NCBI GenBank assembly: GCA_037379345.1
Contig: CM074512.1
Coordinates: 27,032,001 to 27,096,000, forward strand
Source: Perna viridis
Taxonomy: Eukaryota
Length of the DNA: 64,000 nucleotides
Direction: 5' to 3'
Shown here: piece after piece, positions 40,382 through 55,074 of the stretch
Numbering within the stretch: the first letter of the stretch is position 1
Layout: each line of letters begins with the position of its first letter
Notes under the pieces: generated by a model
Told to the model about the DNA's origin: nothing
The model's database searches: none
The model's input: only the letters and a program-made list of their open reading frames with translations
Position numbers and translations under genes: made by a program

Positions 40382-41615
40382 CTCTATGACAAAGACCTAT
40401 TATTGCAAGGTGTTTTATCTTTAAATACAAGAAATTTAATTTAGAAGGACTTAGCTTAACAAAAACATCGTCGATCCACAAATATTTTGGGTGTACAGGA
40501 TCAGAAATTTTTCTTACTTTCATTTAAGACATCTTGTAAGTTCAATGCTTTTTTTTTTCTAATATAAGTTAGATGGCTTTAAATACTACCAAGGCTTCTA
40601 AATACCCCTAAACAATTGATTTGACTTGGGGAAAAATTAAAGCAAATAAAAATCATTTTGTACTAATGACACCAATGCTCCTTTCATGTAATGTCTTGGG
40701 AATATTTTCTGAGTATACCAATTACTGAAAATCTCATATTGTTATAAAAACCTTCAGGCACACTTCAAAACACTTCACTTTTTAATTTACAGATTTAAAA
40801 TGTTGTAACAATGATTTCTTTTTTAAGTAAAAATCCTTAAATGGAAAGTACGACAGACATGAGTTATTTCAAGTATCAACAAAGAGCATGGGAAAAGAAC
40901 AAAGTTTTGACATAATAATAAATTACTTTGTGCTACCACAAAGTGTAATAATTATCAACCATTCAAAGTTTCGGTAATTAGGTTTGGTCTGTACACCTGT
41001 AGTCCAATAACGAGTGAGAATTTACGGTGAAATATCTCTCTCAAAGAAAATGTTTTTGGCTTATTATAATTCATTTTTTCTGCTAGTTAAAATAATTACA
41101 TGAACAATTCAGTAGATTTAAGGGATATGGAAGATTTCACAAAAATGTTAACTCAGAAAAGACCAATTCTATGAAATTAATTAAAATTTAAGTATAGTGA
41201 AGGGCCTCTTTCTATCCTATAAATCATTCATTAGAATGAACAACAAAATCATACAATGGAAAATACAAGAGTCTTACCAAAACATACCAAAATTCACCAG
41301 CTGGTATTGATAGTAAAATAATACTAATATGAGGAAACCACATCTTAATGTTAAATATTTGATATTAAAAACATTTGCATAAGGTTCAACAGCCTATACA
41401 AAGTAAAGCATAATGCACTGTACACCAATAAAGGCAAGGATTATAAACCAATCAAGAGTTGTTCAGTTGTACACAATGGAGATAGACATGCAATTGATGA
41501 CAAAACTGATATACAACCAAATGCATGGGGAAAAGGAGAAGAAAATGACTGTTCCTTCAGGAAACCAAATGATTGAACCATTAAAGAATAATAACAGAAC
41601 ACCTATTCATCAGAC

Positions 41616-41750
41616 CAGTGTCAGATCCAAAAGGTTCTGGGGTTGGAAATCCTACATTTGTACGGGAATTATGTTTATTCTGTGAAAATATGGGCAAAAT
41701 GAGCATACTATAGCCAAGGACCCTCTTTTAAATTTCTGGATTTGTACCTG
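41616..41750. mobile_element. Small degenerate MITE
   Basis: Imperfect TIRs CAGTGTCAGATCCAAAA and TTCTGGATTTGTACCTG. Confidence 0.45.
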
Positions 41751-43239
41751 CACTCAGATACAAATAACTGTGAAGATTTGGAATTGTTCTTATAAATACT
41801 ACACAGTTCAATGCTTTTGCAATATGGCTTTGCAGGATTTTTTTTTAAATGTAGGATAAGAAATATGGTAGTTCAAGTCTAAGAACCAAAAGGAGTAACA
41901 ATACAATACCTAGAATTCTATCTAACCTAATTCAATGGGTTTCTCCTAATCTATAAATAGATCAATTGGCATCAATAAACACCTGACAATCAATGAAGCA
42001 AGTAATCATTCTGCCAGATCATGTTCCAGGTAAAATGCTGTCCACAATCATTGATTTCTGATTGTCTTTTCTCTCTCTTGTGGTCTGAATGGTTTTGTCA
42101 TCATTCTATAATCAATGGATTAGAATGGGCAAATGTTTTAAAAGCAAACAGATAATAGACCATTGGTTTCTGTCTGTAATATTCAGTTCCAAAACAAACA
42201 TTATAATGACTATTAACTGGAACCAAATAAAACATCAAAGTGTATAACAATACTAACATGACCATGAATAAATAGTTGAAGGCAAACTATAACTGTTGGA
42301 AGATCTCAACCAATTATAATTATAAAATTTCAAATGATGCATAAAATAATGTACAAACCTAAAGGCCTTAGAATTGTTTGTGCAGTGAAATTGACCAAAA
42401 ATTAGAAAAAGATTCACCTGAGCAGGTAACAAAAATTATGGCTTAATAACATCAAGTCATAAAAAATACATATCTATAGGCTTACTCAACCATAACATAA
42501 ACAAAGCCAATCTAACCAAATGTTTATTGATCATCAGAAGATTCAGGAAATAAGAATGTTTTATGTATAAAGAATGAACAGTGTTCATAGCCCAAAGCTT
42601 TGAAAACCAATTTGCAGGTGTTTCCAAGTGTAAATATTAATGCTTCCCTTGCTTTTGTACCTCCTATTTCACCAAATTAAGTCACTGACCTAAACAATGC
42701 ATTATGATATTAAGTGACTAATTATTTTACTAGGCAACATTCAATAAACTAGTCCATTATACCTTATGTGGGAAAACTAGGACCATGTCACCTAAAGTGA
42801 TAAAGGAAGACATATGTCAGTAGAAGGTAATGGTCCAATTATTTCATACGGTTTTAACAGAAAAGATACATGGAAAAGATAATACTTCAGAAGGTATCCT
42901 AGAATGCAGAACCTAAGAGAAACTAAAGTCTAAATAAAAACAAAATAAAAAGAAGGCTGATTAGAAAATTAAAAGCACAGAAAAAAAAACAGCTTGCCAT
43001 GATACAGTTAAATTATAGCCAAAGGTTTAAATTACAAACCCATTTTATTTGCCTTACTAGTTTATTTTTCAGAATTTTATTTAACAAAAGTGTAAATTTT
43101 AGCATAATGGCAGTCCTGGCATTCGCTCCTGTTAATATCAGAATACAAAACAACATAAAAACATGACTGGCTGTAATTAAAGTCATTAAAAATTTTAGCC
43201 TAACTTTTTCCCAAGATAGAATAAAAAATACTTAAAAAA

Positions 43240-44355
43240 AACTAGAAGCCCTGTTTATCACAGGAGCCCCCGCCTCATTTGTTAGCAGTGATTTTTTCTT
43301 TTTTTTTTTTTTTTTTTTTTTTTAGTAAATCAAATGTGTCTGTAAGACACTAATGATTCCCCCGCTCACTAGATTTGCCAAATTAGGAATATGTTTATTT
43401 TTGTATGAAGACATGGTTTGCAGACTCAGAAATCCTTCCAAGACTTGTGTTACTCATGGACTGGGAATCAATTTGGGGATCAGAAATTCCTAAATATATG
43501 CATATCTACATATTGTATCCTGGCCACATAGTGTCATGAAATGTTTGGTAGTTTCAGACTAGTTGGGATGAGAAAAAGGGGACCAATGGACGTATTAATA
43601 GACACATAAAAAATATCTTTGTTGCTTGGGATATATTTCTGACAAAAATAACAAAATCTAACTATCACCCAGTTCTGTAATATTTCATGAAAATCAAGAT
43701 CCTATGACCTTGCATACCATCATTATGTGTAGAAACACCCTGCAAAAAATATTTAAGATGAAGAGATAGCCAAACAAGCCATATAACTCTATTTCTGATG
43801 AAACTGACTAAGTCTAACTTTCACCAATTTCCGTAATATTTCATGAAAAATCAAGATCCCATGACCTTGCACACCATCATTATGTGTAGAAACATCCTGC
43901 AAAAAATATTTTAGTTGTAGTTCAAAAACTACAGAAAGAGATAGCCATACAAGCCATATAGCCCTATTTTTGAAGAAAATAAGTAAGTCTAACTTTCACC
44001 AATTTCTGTAATATTTCACGAAAATCAAAATCCTTTGATCCTGCACACCTTCACCATGTGTAGAAATATCCTGTAAAATATTCTGGATGTAGTTCAAAAA
44101 CTGTACAAGAAGATAGCTGAACAACCATATAGCCCTGTTCCTGAGTGGAATGTCTAAGTGTAACTATCACCAATTTCCGTAATATTTCACGAAAATAAAA
44201 ATCCTTTGGGCCTGCACACCTTCATCATGTGTAGAAATAACCTGTAAAATATTTCAGATGTAATCCGGACAGACGGAGGTACAGACACACGACCGATGAA
44301 CGTACGGACGGACTGGGGTAAATTAATATGAAAGTTTGTCGTGGGGGCATAACAA
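43240..44355 (+). mobile_element. HINE-like element with four ~172-bp core repeats and a (GACG/GACA)-type microsatellite
   Basis: Starts ACTAG plus hairpin CCTGT…ACAGG, then GCCCCCGC, complementary to GTGGGGGC near the 3' end (44341-44348). Cores start at ~43658, 43814, 43989 and 44160. CGGACAGACGGA…ACGGACGGAC tract at 44266-44313. Confidence 0.8.
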
Positions 44356-46847
44356 GCATTTTATGTGAATCCTTTCCATCACCCCTAAATATTACCTAAA
44401 CTTATTTGTACTTCTTATGACTAAATAAACTGCATGTCCTTATTAAGATCTTCTCGTACTGGCCTTATTCATCATTACTGCTAATTCTTTTGCCAATCTG
44501 AAATCACAAAGTAAATCCTCTTAACAATTCTTTTGTGTTTGCAGGCAAACATCTTTTTAATATGAAAAGTGTAATGTTCATAAGACATACTACTCTCAAG
44601 TGCTGACATCCCATTGTTATAACATGACATAGGGTCATATTGATATTATAATACCTTGCATTCATTAATTGAGAAATAATTGACCAACTGTGACCAACCA
44701 GAAAGGCTCTTTAGTCTGTAACATGTTTGATCTAGTTAACTTGTGATATTTGAGGTTTCAATACTGAAGATTTGATGCTTTGTTTTTTTTGGGGGTTTTT
44801 TTGTGGACAAGTGGATGCAGACAAGACATTTGAGAAGGTTCTGTGTCATATTTCAATGTTTGGTGTTACCTTCACATATTGAAGCATACTAGCTAAGACA
44901 AGATATCATGCACTACTTCATTAGTACTTGTTCACTTTATGTGTTAATGTCCACCTGAACCTTTATCTAAAGAGCAAATTTGAACTGAAAGTAATTTTTC
45001 CTAAATTGTATTTGATCAGAAGGGAGGCAATTTCCTAACAAAAGGTTCCTATTCCTCTCATAGTTATCCTTCCTCATTAGAAACAACTAAGTGCATTTCT
45101 ATAATGCAAATGATCTGAAAAAAAGTAAGAGGATATAACATAGGAATTCTGAAAGGGTTCTTTGGAAGCTTATCTTATTAAAAATGTAAAAGATTTCTAA
45201 AACAGTATAACTGGTTTGTAGCAGACAACTCTCATCTGTGTCTGATGTCAATTTCAATTTTCTTTCTAAATCATTTTAGCACAGAATGAAACCTACATGT
45301 ATCCAATACAGATTAATCAAATCCATCCAGAATTTCAGACTTTGCTAAGCTCTTAAGCTTTGAAGGACAGACAGATATATTGACTTTTTCATTTTACCTG
45401 GCTGGAATTTAAGCCTCTATATAAAACCAAGAATTTTCAAAAGATAGTGATTGAACTGGTTTACCAGTAAAAGTATTGACCAGTCATTAACCAACTCTTG
45501 TCTAAACTTCCAAAAAATATTTGGCACGAGACTTCATTTGAGCCAAATGACCTAACATAATATTGGACACAATGGAAGCCATTGCTTCTAAAAATGTAGT
45601 CTATTTCAGTGGGTGCTTTTAATGCTGACACATGGTTAAAAGACAAACTTTAGAGATATTGACCAGTGAATTACCAACTCTGACTGAACCTACTGCGAAT
45701 AAAAATTCCTAAAATATCAGGTCAATGAATTTATAAACAAAGGTTCTGATCAACAGACTATGGACAAACAATGCCATTTACTTACCTGGAATCTCACATA
45801 TCTTGTGAAGAGGGAAGTTTAACTTTTATTCCATTTATCAGAGATATATTTTATCTCAAATTTTACGAAGTAATGGGTGGGAAACTGAACCAAACAAGAC
45901 ACCTCTCTAAATTTATAGACTTTTAAATTTCAATTTGTGCAACTTCGTTCATATAAATATATACCATGGGAAACCTACCAAATAAAAATAATTACCGACA
46001 TAAATTTTATAATGTTATTCAAGAAGTTACCTGTGGAAAAAGATAGCATCTTTATACAAGATCTAAATTAAATAGGGAGATAGGGAGAGGAGAAAGTTCT
46101 GTCAAATAAGGAAGATAATACATCACTTCTTTTCTTCACTCTTTTCAATTTCCTGTCCCCAATACTTCAGCTGGTTAGATACTGAATTTCCAATATTCAA
46201 ATCCTGTGTAATAAATAACTATCACATTGGCTAAAGAAGAAGTCTGAGGAACATAGCCTCTTCAAATAAACAATATGTTTTGAAATCATCCATGGTTTAG
46301 TGTCAATAAATTCTACAAATAAATTCTTAGGATTTAATTCATGCAAGATCAACTTCAACAACTGTTTTAAACTTTTAAATTTATAGGCTTTGATATCTTT
46401 TTGACATTGGGGTCTCATTATAATTTTGTACTTACATTATCATAAGTAAGTAAAACTTCAAGGAGGACTATCTTACTGTAAGGTAAACTGTAAACTTTTT
46501 GAGCTGGTATAAAAGGTTTTCAGTTTAGTCTATCTTCACAACCTAAACTGTCATCTACAGGGCAATGTAAATATAAATGCAAAATTAAGTATTCAATAAA
46601 GCTACAAGATTTGGTCAAATCATAAAAACAAGTTAGACATGCCCACTGAGACTAATCAATGCTAATGATCTTTATTTATTCCCCAATGCATATTTTGTTC
46701 AAGAAGCAGGAGATAAACTATGGGGTTCTTAATTACATTACAGTGGTGGCCTAGGTGAAATGCTTTCAAATAATGTTCTACCTGATTCTTAATTAGTAAT
46801 TCCACATCAACAGTATTCATTAATCAATTTTTGTTTTTCTCTTACAG

Positions 46848-46875
46848 ATAAAGAAATGTCGAAAAGCATCAAAAA
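46848..46875 (+). other. Candidate 28-nt micro-exon
   Basis: Acceptor TTTTTGTTTTTCTCTTACAG|, exon ATAAAGAAATGTCGAAAAGCATCAAAAA, donor |GTAAGT. Confidence 0.55.
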
Positions 46876-47619
46876 GTAAGTTTTATATCTATTTCTATTA
46901 CTTCCCTTGTTAAAGATTTAAACACAGATTACTAACTAAACTTCAATATAATCTTTCCTCCATTGCTAACGTCTGCCCAGAATTAACTTCTCAAGCCTGC
47001 AAAATTCATGTTTAAAGTTGAACTAAGTAAAAATGCATGACAAGTTATTAGTTACAAAAAAATAAGTACTTCTGATGTGAATAATGCATACCATACTTGT
47101 TTTCTTTACTTCAAAAAGATAACAGCATTTTCTAAACATCCTTCTTGTCCTCCATACATAAAAAGGATCTAGTTGAAATGAACCTTATAGCTGTATATCT
47201 TATCGTATAATTACTTCCAAATGTGAGTCCAAAAAAGACATGAATATTCAAAACAGGTTTTTGAAAAAAAGATGATGCAAAAGTACATTATCTTTATGAT
47301 TATAATTTCCCATTCTTTGATTTAATGGTTTTGCATGATTAAAACAGTAATACTTTTATTACAATTTCAATATGAAATATGAAGTTGCACATGTTGTTGT
47401 GCCAGGTATATCTTCACTCAGTCCATTTAGTGAATAATGGGAAATGCCCATGAAATAACAAGTTAAAATCAGACACCAGCCAGCTTAAAACATACACCTC
47501 AACCACATTTAGCCACACAATATGTTGCGTGGCTGCCAATATTTTTGTCATTTGAATTTTCTTCCATACAGTGAAAAATGGCAAAGTCTCCCCCCCCCCC
47601 ACCAAAAAATGAAGCAACT

Positions 47620-47780
47620 AAAATCACTTACAATGTATGCCATATTTATATATAAAGCCACATACCAAATTTGAAATCAATGTGTTCATTCGAACTCCAA
47701 ATATCTTTATTGTAATTCATATTGATGAAATGATGGACAGAATTACAGACAGACAAACAATACAACAAACTATCAGTTGT
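47620..47780 (+). mobile_element. 3' fragment of a HINE-like element
   Basis: CATACCAAATTTGAAATCAAT… followed by the tract GATGGACAGAATTACAGACAGACAAAC. Confidence 0.4.
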
Positions 47781-50700
47781 TATATCTATAATGCAAATAT
47801 CATCAGCGTAATATTATACATTTAAAAGAGAGGCATCAGATAACATTTATTGCTAAAGCCCCAAAACTGGCCATTTCTCTAAAGTCAAGTATCATTCTAT
47901 TGAAGTATTGTCTAAGCTTATTAATTCTGATAAAAACCCTTTATAATCTTTTGATGTATGTTATTATACTAGAACAAAGTACTAAAATGAACCACAACGA
48001 TCCATCAATGATCGGTACTATATAAACTATCAATAAAATCACTCAATGTTCCACAACATGTTGTTATAACATCCAAGACCAATAATTGGCAAAAAATGAC
48101 CACAATCATGTCCATAATAGCAACACATTAGCCTACAATTATCTTTAATGGATAATCGAAAAGAAAATCAAACAAAATCCCCTAAACAAATGGGAAGACA
48201 GAATAAGTATGATAGTGTGACTATTGTTTAGCTTGTATTCTCTAGAATATCAATAACTACTGCATTCCGAGGATATTGTTGTTCAAAGGAACTAGATAAA
48301 ATGATTCAATAGAAATAATTAAACATGAAAAATTCCATCATGTATCAAAATCTGTAAGTATTTTTTTTTCAATATGGAAGATAGTATTGAATTATAAGTC
48401 AATGGAAAATGATCATTGAAATGGAGAAGGATCATTCACTTGTATTGGTTAATTTTAAGTTGGAATTAAAACTATTCATCTCTGTATTACTAACAATAGA
48501 ATATGTATAAAATATTCAAATATAAGTAGGATTCATATCAGTAAATTTGATTTAATGTTATTTTTTACTAGAATACTATAGTTATAGTCATTTAAACATA
48601 CAAAGATCACATTTTACTTCAAATTTACTAAAATTCAGACTCCCATCTATTGTTGACTAAACAATAGTTTCATTATTTTCTCAACTTTTCAATGATGACA
48701 TACTGAAATTTAATATTATTCACAACTTCAAGAGCCCTATGTAATTAATGTAGCATTAGTTTAAACTTCATTTATATCTGAAACAACACAACATGGAATT
48801 TATATTGACTGGATTTCATCACAGCTAGGCAGAAATTAAGGGTAATTACTTAATTTGCTCTGTTGGGTATAGCTGCATAATTTACCTTGATCAAAAAATA
48901 ATAATACACATAACATAATGATGCATCATATAAAGAGTTGAGTTTGTTTGAAATAAACTGAATTAATGCCCAATGCATGGATCCGGAAACGGTCAAAAAT
49001 GCCAGTCATTGACTGACAAATTCTGCAAATATAAACTTTGAACTCTCTAAATTAGGATTTTTACCACAGACATAAAAAAGTTTAATGAAGTAAGTTTTTT
49101 TGTCAATTTGTAAACTAACTTGCATATTCATGTGAAAAACCCTTTTAACCCTACATGAGTTAAAAATATATTCTCTCAGTAATAGAACACAGGGACTACA
49201 TCAAATTCTTACTCCATAAGGAAAATATATACCTTGTATTACCTTATCACACAATGGCTGCAGCCTGTTGTTCAAAAATCAATACAAAAATCTGCCTTCA
49301 AATCCAATATACAAGTTGTTTTTTTAGATTTAGAAGTAATGCATTTTCGTTTGTGAAATGTGAACTTGAAGGAATATAACAAACCATTTACTGGACACTT
49401 GGGACCATTAATATCATTCTACTTATATTATTATAAACATTATTGAATTTTCCACCTTTAATTGATTATCCTACCTGGGAAAACATTTCAGTCAGGTGTG
49501 ATAATTCAAACTGGAAGCTGGCACAAAGGTTGTGTTACCACATCAATAAAATGTTTGTTGGACTTCTCTTTCTAAATACAAGGTTAGTCAAGTTTTCTCA
49601 TTTTTCTGCTTAAAGACTTCTAGAACAATCTTTTAAAGGAAAGAATAGTTCATCACCTAAAAACAAAGAAAATTTATTGGAGAAACCTGCACTTCTTTAG
49701 GGAAAAATTAATGGTAATGTGGCATTTGTCCAAAGGGTACCATTCCAATCAATAACTCTACACAACCATGTTTACTCGGAACAATAATCCACTTTACAAG
49801 GGTTATGGATAACAAGTTAGACATTTTAATTGCATTAAACCTTGTTGTATTTTAAAGAAAGATCAATGCATTGAGTAAAGATGCACAACTAATAAGGCTT
49901 CCTGGTCAAAAGGGTTAAAGAAAAGAATGCCAATAAGATGTCGATTTAAACAAGCTACAACCTAGATATGCAGTAGACTGCATTCTGTTTTATTTTTATA
50001 ATCAATATACATCTCACTGACATGTTATCCCAAGCAAGTCAATTTAGTTTCGTAATACAGCATTAAGTTTTAACCCTCCTTGCAAAAAAAAAAATCTTCA
50101 TTTATTTCTTTCCTGGTGACTTATTTTGTTGGTTTTTGACATTTAGAACAAAGCTACCATATATTTGTTGTCAAAGACTAATGAAATTTGTTAGTTTATT
50201 TTTACTATACACCTTAGTACTTATTATACTATCAAATGAGTTACAGTATTTTACTCTACTTAGGTAGATCCTGTACTTGTAGACTTTTTGTCACTGAAGA
50301 TCAGTGGTTGAATTCATAATATGTTATTAAAGAGACAAAAATATTAATTCTAAATTATGGTCATAATAAAAAAATTACCTTGTAACACCAAAGTCACACA
50401 TTTGACTTTTTATGAAACCAGGCTTCTAAAATTTGCACATTCTGTGAGATGTACATGGTTTCAGATAAAGCCATCCACATGTTCAACACTATGATCTCTT
50501 TCTTTTAACCTTGAACTAATTGTTACATGAGTAGAAGCACATAGTCAAAGTTTACTAATTACTAGAAAACAACTTGCAAGCATTAAGACAAGAACCAAAT
50601 GGTACACAATATCAGTGTTCTCAAACATAGTTAAAGTATCAATTCACCATAGAGAAAGATAAATACCTACCTTCCATTATTCAGAAGAAAAGAAGAGACT

Positions 50701-52360
50701 AAATATCAACTGATAAAATTTAGTCTATTTTTATATGATACTTGATTTTGTTTTAGAATGACTCTTTTACATGACAGTGAATTGCTTCTTGTATCAGAAC
50801 AAACAGAAATTATACCATAAAAGAAACATATTAGATTTGTTTCATTTCTCTACATTTAATGTTGTAAGTTAGGTCTAAAACTTCTACTGATTAGCATAAC
50901 CAACAGGATAGGGGTATGGGGCTTTTAGAAAGTGATGGTTTCTATTGAATAAGGAAGTAAAAATAGACTTTTAAGGTTTCACTAAACTTCATTTAGAAAA
51001 TAAATTTTATTCCACATGACTAACAAAGGATTTCCAGATAAAATCACAATTCCTCAGTAGGAAACTCCTGATATCAGAGAAACTTACAGACAACTGTCTG
51101 CCATCAATACTCCTATTCTCTCATTTCACAAGAAAAAAATTCTTCGCTGTAATTTTAGACATTTATTTCATTAGTTGAAGCAAAATCCATATTTGACTGT
51201 CTGTGAATGCTTTAACAGCTACTTTCATTACACTGCTAAAAATTAGGAGTAGAGTATAAAAGAATATCATTCATTTGACTGACTACACAGAGAAGTACAA
51301 GTAAACAATAAATAATGAACATGGAGAATATTGATAGAATAGACATTAGATCCAGTTAACAATTAGGTGTAATCAAGTACTGACCAAGATTTATGGAAAT
51401 CTAGTTAGATCTGATGCTCCTTTTATTACCCATACATATATTATTCATAGCATTAGCATTCTCTCAGTCATTTTTTTACTCACTGATGAATAATAAAAAT
51501 GCACAAGGATTGATGCTTTGATTTTAAAGGATGTGTTAGTTGGAACCTTATCAGTAATTTACTTTCAAATTAAATTAAGTGCTGTGGTGTTCAAAATACA
51601 GTTAATTCTGAACTTGTAAGAAATAGAGTAATATGTTTGAGGTATTGTATTTGACAAATGTGAACAGTATATCAATTGGAAGCTTAGTTTTAAAGTTTTT
51701 TTTCAATTATATTGCTTTAAAGAACAGGCAAAAAAGACTGCATCATGAAAAATTTTCTACATACCATTTACAATACTCCACTGCTTCGGTGATAAAATTT
51801 CTGTTTCATGTTTAAATGAGTTGAAAATGTGAATTACAAATATTTTACCATTCTGATTATCTAAGAGACCTTACAACCTCCACATAAGCAAACACTGTAA
51901 AAAACAGTGGTATTATTTTCCTTTGAAGTGGACTGATACTCCCACTGGACAATTCATACAAATGGATTTACTTTAAGACATGATAACAAAAAAGGTTAGT
52001 TAATACTAGAGCATGAGACACTGACCTAATCAACTTCCACATTTACTGCAACAGTAGTAGTAAATTTTGATAAATTATTCAAACAACATATAACATACCA
52101 ATTCAAGTACAGATGTTTTACTACACTGTTTGCAACCTGTGATTCCTTTTATGGGAAACGGTACAAAAAAATAAATAAGAGTAACTTGTGTCCAAACAAG
52201 CAACCCTACCAAAGTTGCCAAAGAAACAAGGGCACTGTGAAGCCTGGCATCCTCTAATTGTATAAACATTAGATCTTATGAACTTAACCTTTGACTTTTT
52301 ATAAGGTGCCACATTCAGTACCAAGTAAAAATCCATCCAAGGATGTTGATTGTAGTGTTA

Positions 52361-52425
52361 CAACTTTGTTGACAGGCAGATAACTCTTTTGCAACTTTGT
52401 TGACAGGGAGGTAACTCTTTTGCAT
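52361..52425. repeat. ~32-bp tandem duplication
   Basis: CAACTTTGTTGACAGG.AG.TAACTCTTTT(T)G twice. Confidence 0.85.
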
Positions 52426-52703
52426 GTTAATTAGCCATGCACTAACATAATTTAAAACAATTCTCTACTCATTATAAGGACCAATAGATTTCTAGCTGCG
52501 AACCTATATCTAGCTTATTGAAAAGGTTATATGACCTTTCAATGTGACATAACAAACAGAGTTCTGAGTGTTCATTATTTCACATGGACCATCACATGGA
52601 ACATCTTCTCTATTTCATAAGGAAAAAGCTATGACATTACTCTTACCTTACCAACACGTAAACAATATTAAGTGTGAAGTGAGAATAACAATTATGTATA
52701 TAT

Positions 52704-53340
52704 CAGGCACGTAGCTACGCTTACGTCAAAACGCCCGGGCATACACATCAACAAAAAAAATCATTGGAGTTGTTGCACATTCACCGGGAAGTTCCTATAG
52801 TTGTAGAGAAAGTAATTGACAGTTTTGCACCACGCAAAAACAGGAAGATGACCCTCAATTATTATTAGACTGACTAGAACTGTAAACACTTCTGAAACCA
52901 GTAAAGAGGTTGATTGATATCTGCATGATGTATTTTTTTTTCATTTGCATATTTTGATACCAATAGTTGATACATGTAGTTGAGCTATATAATACACAAA
53001 TTTAAACATTTCACTATTTAATGAATTTCAACTTATCTTGCTAATATAAGAAAATCACTGATAATGAAAGAATACCCGAAAATGACACAATACAACATAG
53101 AAACGGTAAGACAATAATCCCTCTTGCAAATATACAAGAATCATCAAAATTGTAAAATTTCAATTTCCTGAGATTAATTTTAGAGATCTTAACTGCGATA
53201 ATTCCTTGCTTTTTGGGGTATTTTTTTTTCAATTACAAACACTGTCTACGTTTCCTAAATCCCAGGAGCTTCAGGGGGCTTCGCTAGACCCCTCGCCGTA
53301 AAATAGGCATGCACATTAATTAATTCTAGATACGCCACTA
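52704..53340. mobile_element. Probable non-autonomous DNA transposon (~640 bp)
   Basis: CpG-retaining block between TA runs. Imperfect TIRs CAGGCACGTAGCTA and TAGATACGCCACTA (9/14 match). GC-rich subterminal segment at 53262-53300. Confidence 0.5.
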
Positions 53341-53522
53341 TATATAGACATGGAATAAACCTAAAGTTCAGCTTGTTATTAATGTTGATTCACCATAGTG
53401 GATAACAAATTTTTAAGGGCAGACTTTATATATCTTCTACTGATATGCATTTAAACATTTTCTAAGGTCTTTTAAAACTTCACTGCTACCCTATTTGTTT
53501 TGTTTTAAGAGGATACATTCTA

Positions 53523-53581
53523 GACAGTTTTACAGGAAAAATGATTTGAATGATTTAGATCATTTTTCCTGTAAAACTGTC
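53523..53581. repeat. Inverted repeat with perfect 23-bp arms (59-nt hairpin)
   Basis: GACAGTTTTACAGGAAAAATGAT - TTGAATGATTTAG - ATCATTTTTCCTGTAAAACTGTC. Confidence 0.92.
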
Positions 53582-55074
53582 AAGACAATGACTAAGAGAT
53601 AACTATAGTCTGATTTTGTAGAACTGAGAAGACCTTACATTTCACTGTTTTGTACACAGCACCAACTTTTAGTTGTCATACAATATATGCATAGCTCCAA
53701 ACATTCAGTCACACAATTTCTTCCAACAGTCAAGTCTTTGCCCATTGTTGTCTATACATAAGATGAGGTTATTCATCAACTCTTTTGTTTCTTATACACA
53801 CTCAGAATTATTTGAATTTCTTCTTAGATAGTGATACATCTGATCCTTTTAGAATATGCCTATGAAAGTAAAAGAGAAGACTTGCATACGTCTGCTTCTT
53901 ATAACTTGTATAAAATTGAGCTGATGGTGAAACATTACTATCATATGATAAAAATAATGAACTTTGATTTGACTGTAGTACACTTGATGGAAACAATTTA
54001 CTACTCTATCAGGATTTACAACTTTAGGAGTATAGTTAGATAGCTTTAAATACTCATATGCTTCATGTCTGATGCAATTACCATTACATAATCATATCTA
54101 CCAGGTGACATCTTAGAATTTCTTATTATATAATATTTTCATATTTTTGTAAAAAAAAAAAAATGCACTCAAAATAGCAATTTACACTCCAAGAATTACT
54201 GAATGCTGTTTGTAAAGTGAACCTATGACAACTAGCAATAGATCTAGAAGAGTGTTTTACAATGAAAACTCTTTTACATGTATCTTAAGAACAAATCTGA
54301 ATAATCCAGTTGAGTTAGATTACTTTTTATAATCCAAAGTTTCATTAAAATTGTTTATAATTTGGGCATAATAAGGTTCTGTTTCTTTGGAACCAAAAAC
54401 TTATTAACACTCCATACTTTATAAATACTGCACAACTTACAAATGTTAATATCAAACTTGTTCTGAATTTTCTACATGTTTTGTTCATCTACATATAGAA
54501 CCTTGAAAAATATTAACATATGAAGACCATCAGACAATTGTAAAACTGTTCCCTAAAAAAAGATAGCAGTCCCATTCACATACTTTGCACTATGGTTCAT
54601 TGAAGACTAGAAAATAGAAATACTTTTACTTATAGTCTACCAGTAATTCAGAATCTATTGACTGCAGCCCAATCTGAAAGAGGCCCAAATAAGGATAAAA
54701 CAATATGTAACCAGGGTAACAACAGCTTTCTCAAAACAACTTAAGTTCACTGACATTGAAAGCACCATTAGTTAACCTGACACATCTAAGTAAAATATCA
54801 AAAGAAAGTCTACAAATCTTAGAAAAAGTATAAACATGTTAGGAGCAGTTGGCTAAGCTGTCAACTCAGTTATGTGTCATAGATTGTTTACCGTGTGGTA
54901 ACATTTGGCCATAAATAACAAGTAATGTTATATTTTTTATGATGGATACCATATTATTGAGATCAATTCTTTCATTGAGGTCAGTAGCAGGATGTACTAA
55001 AGTGTGCAAGGCAATTAAAACAAAAAATATCAATGGAACACTTCCACTTTGACTAAGGAGAGCATTAACCAATA

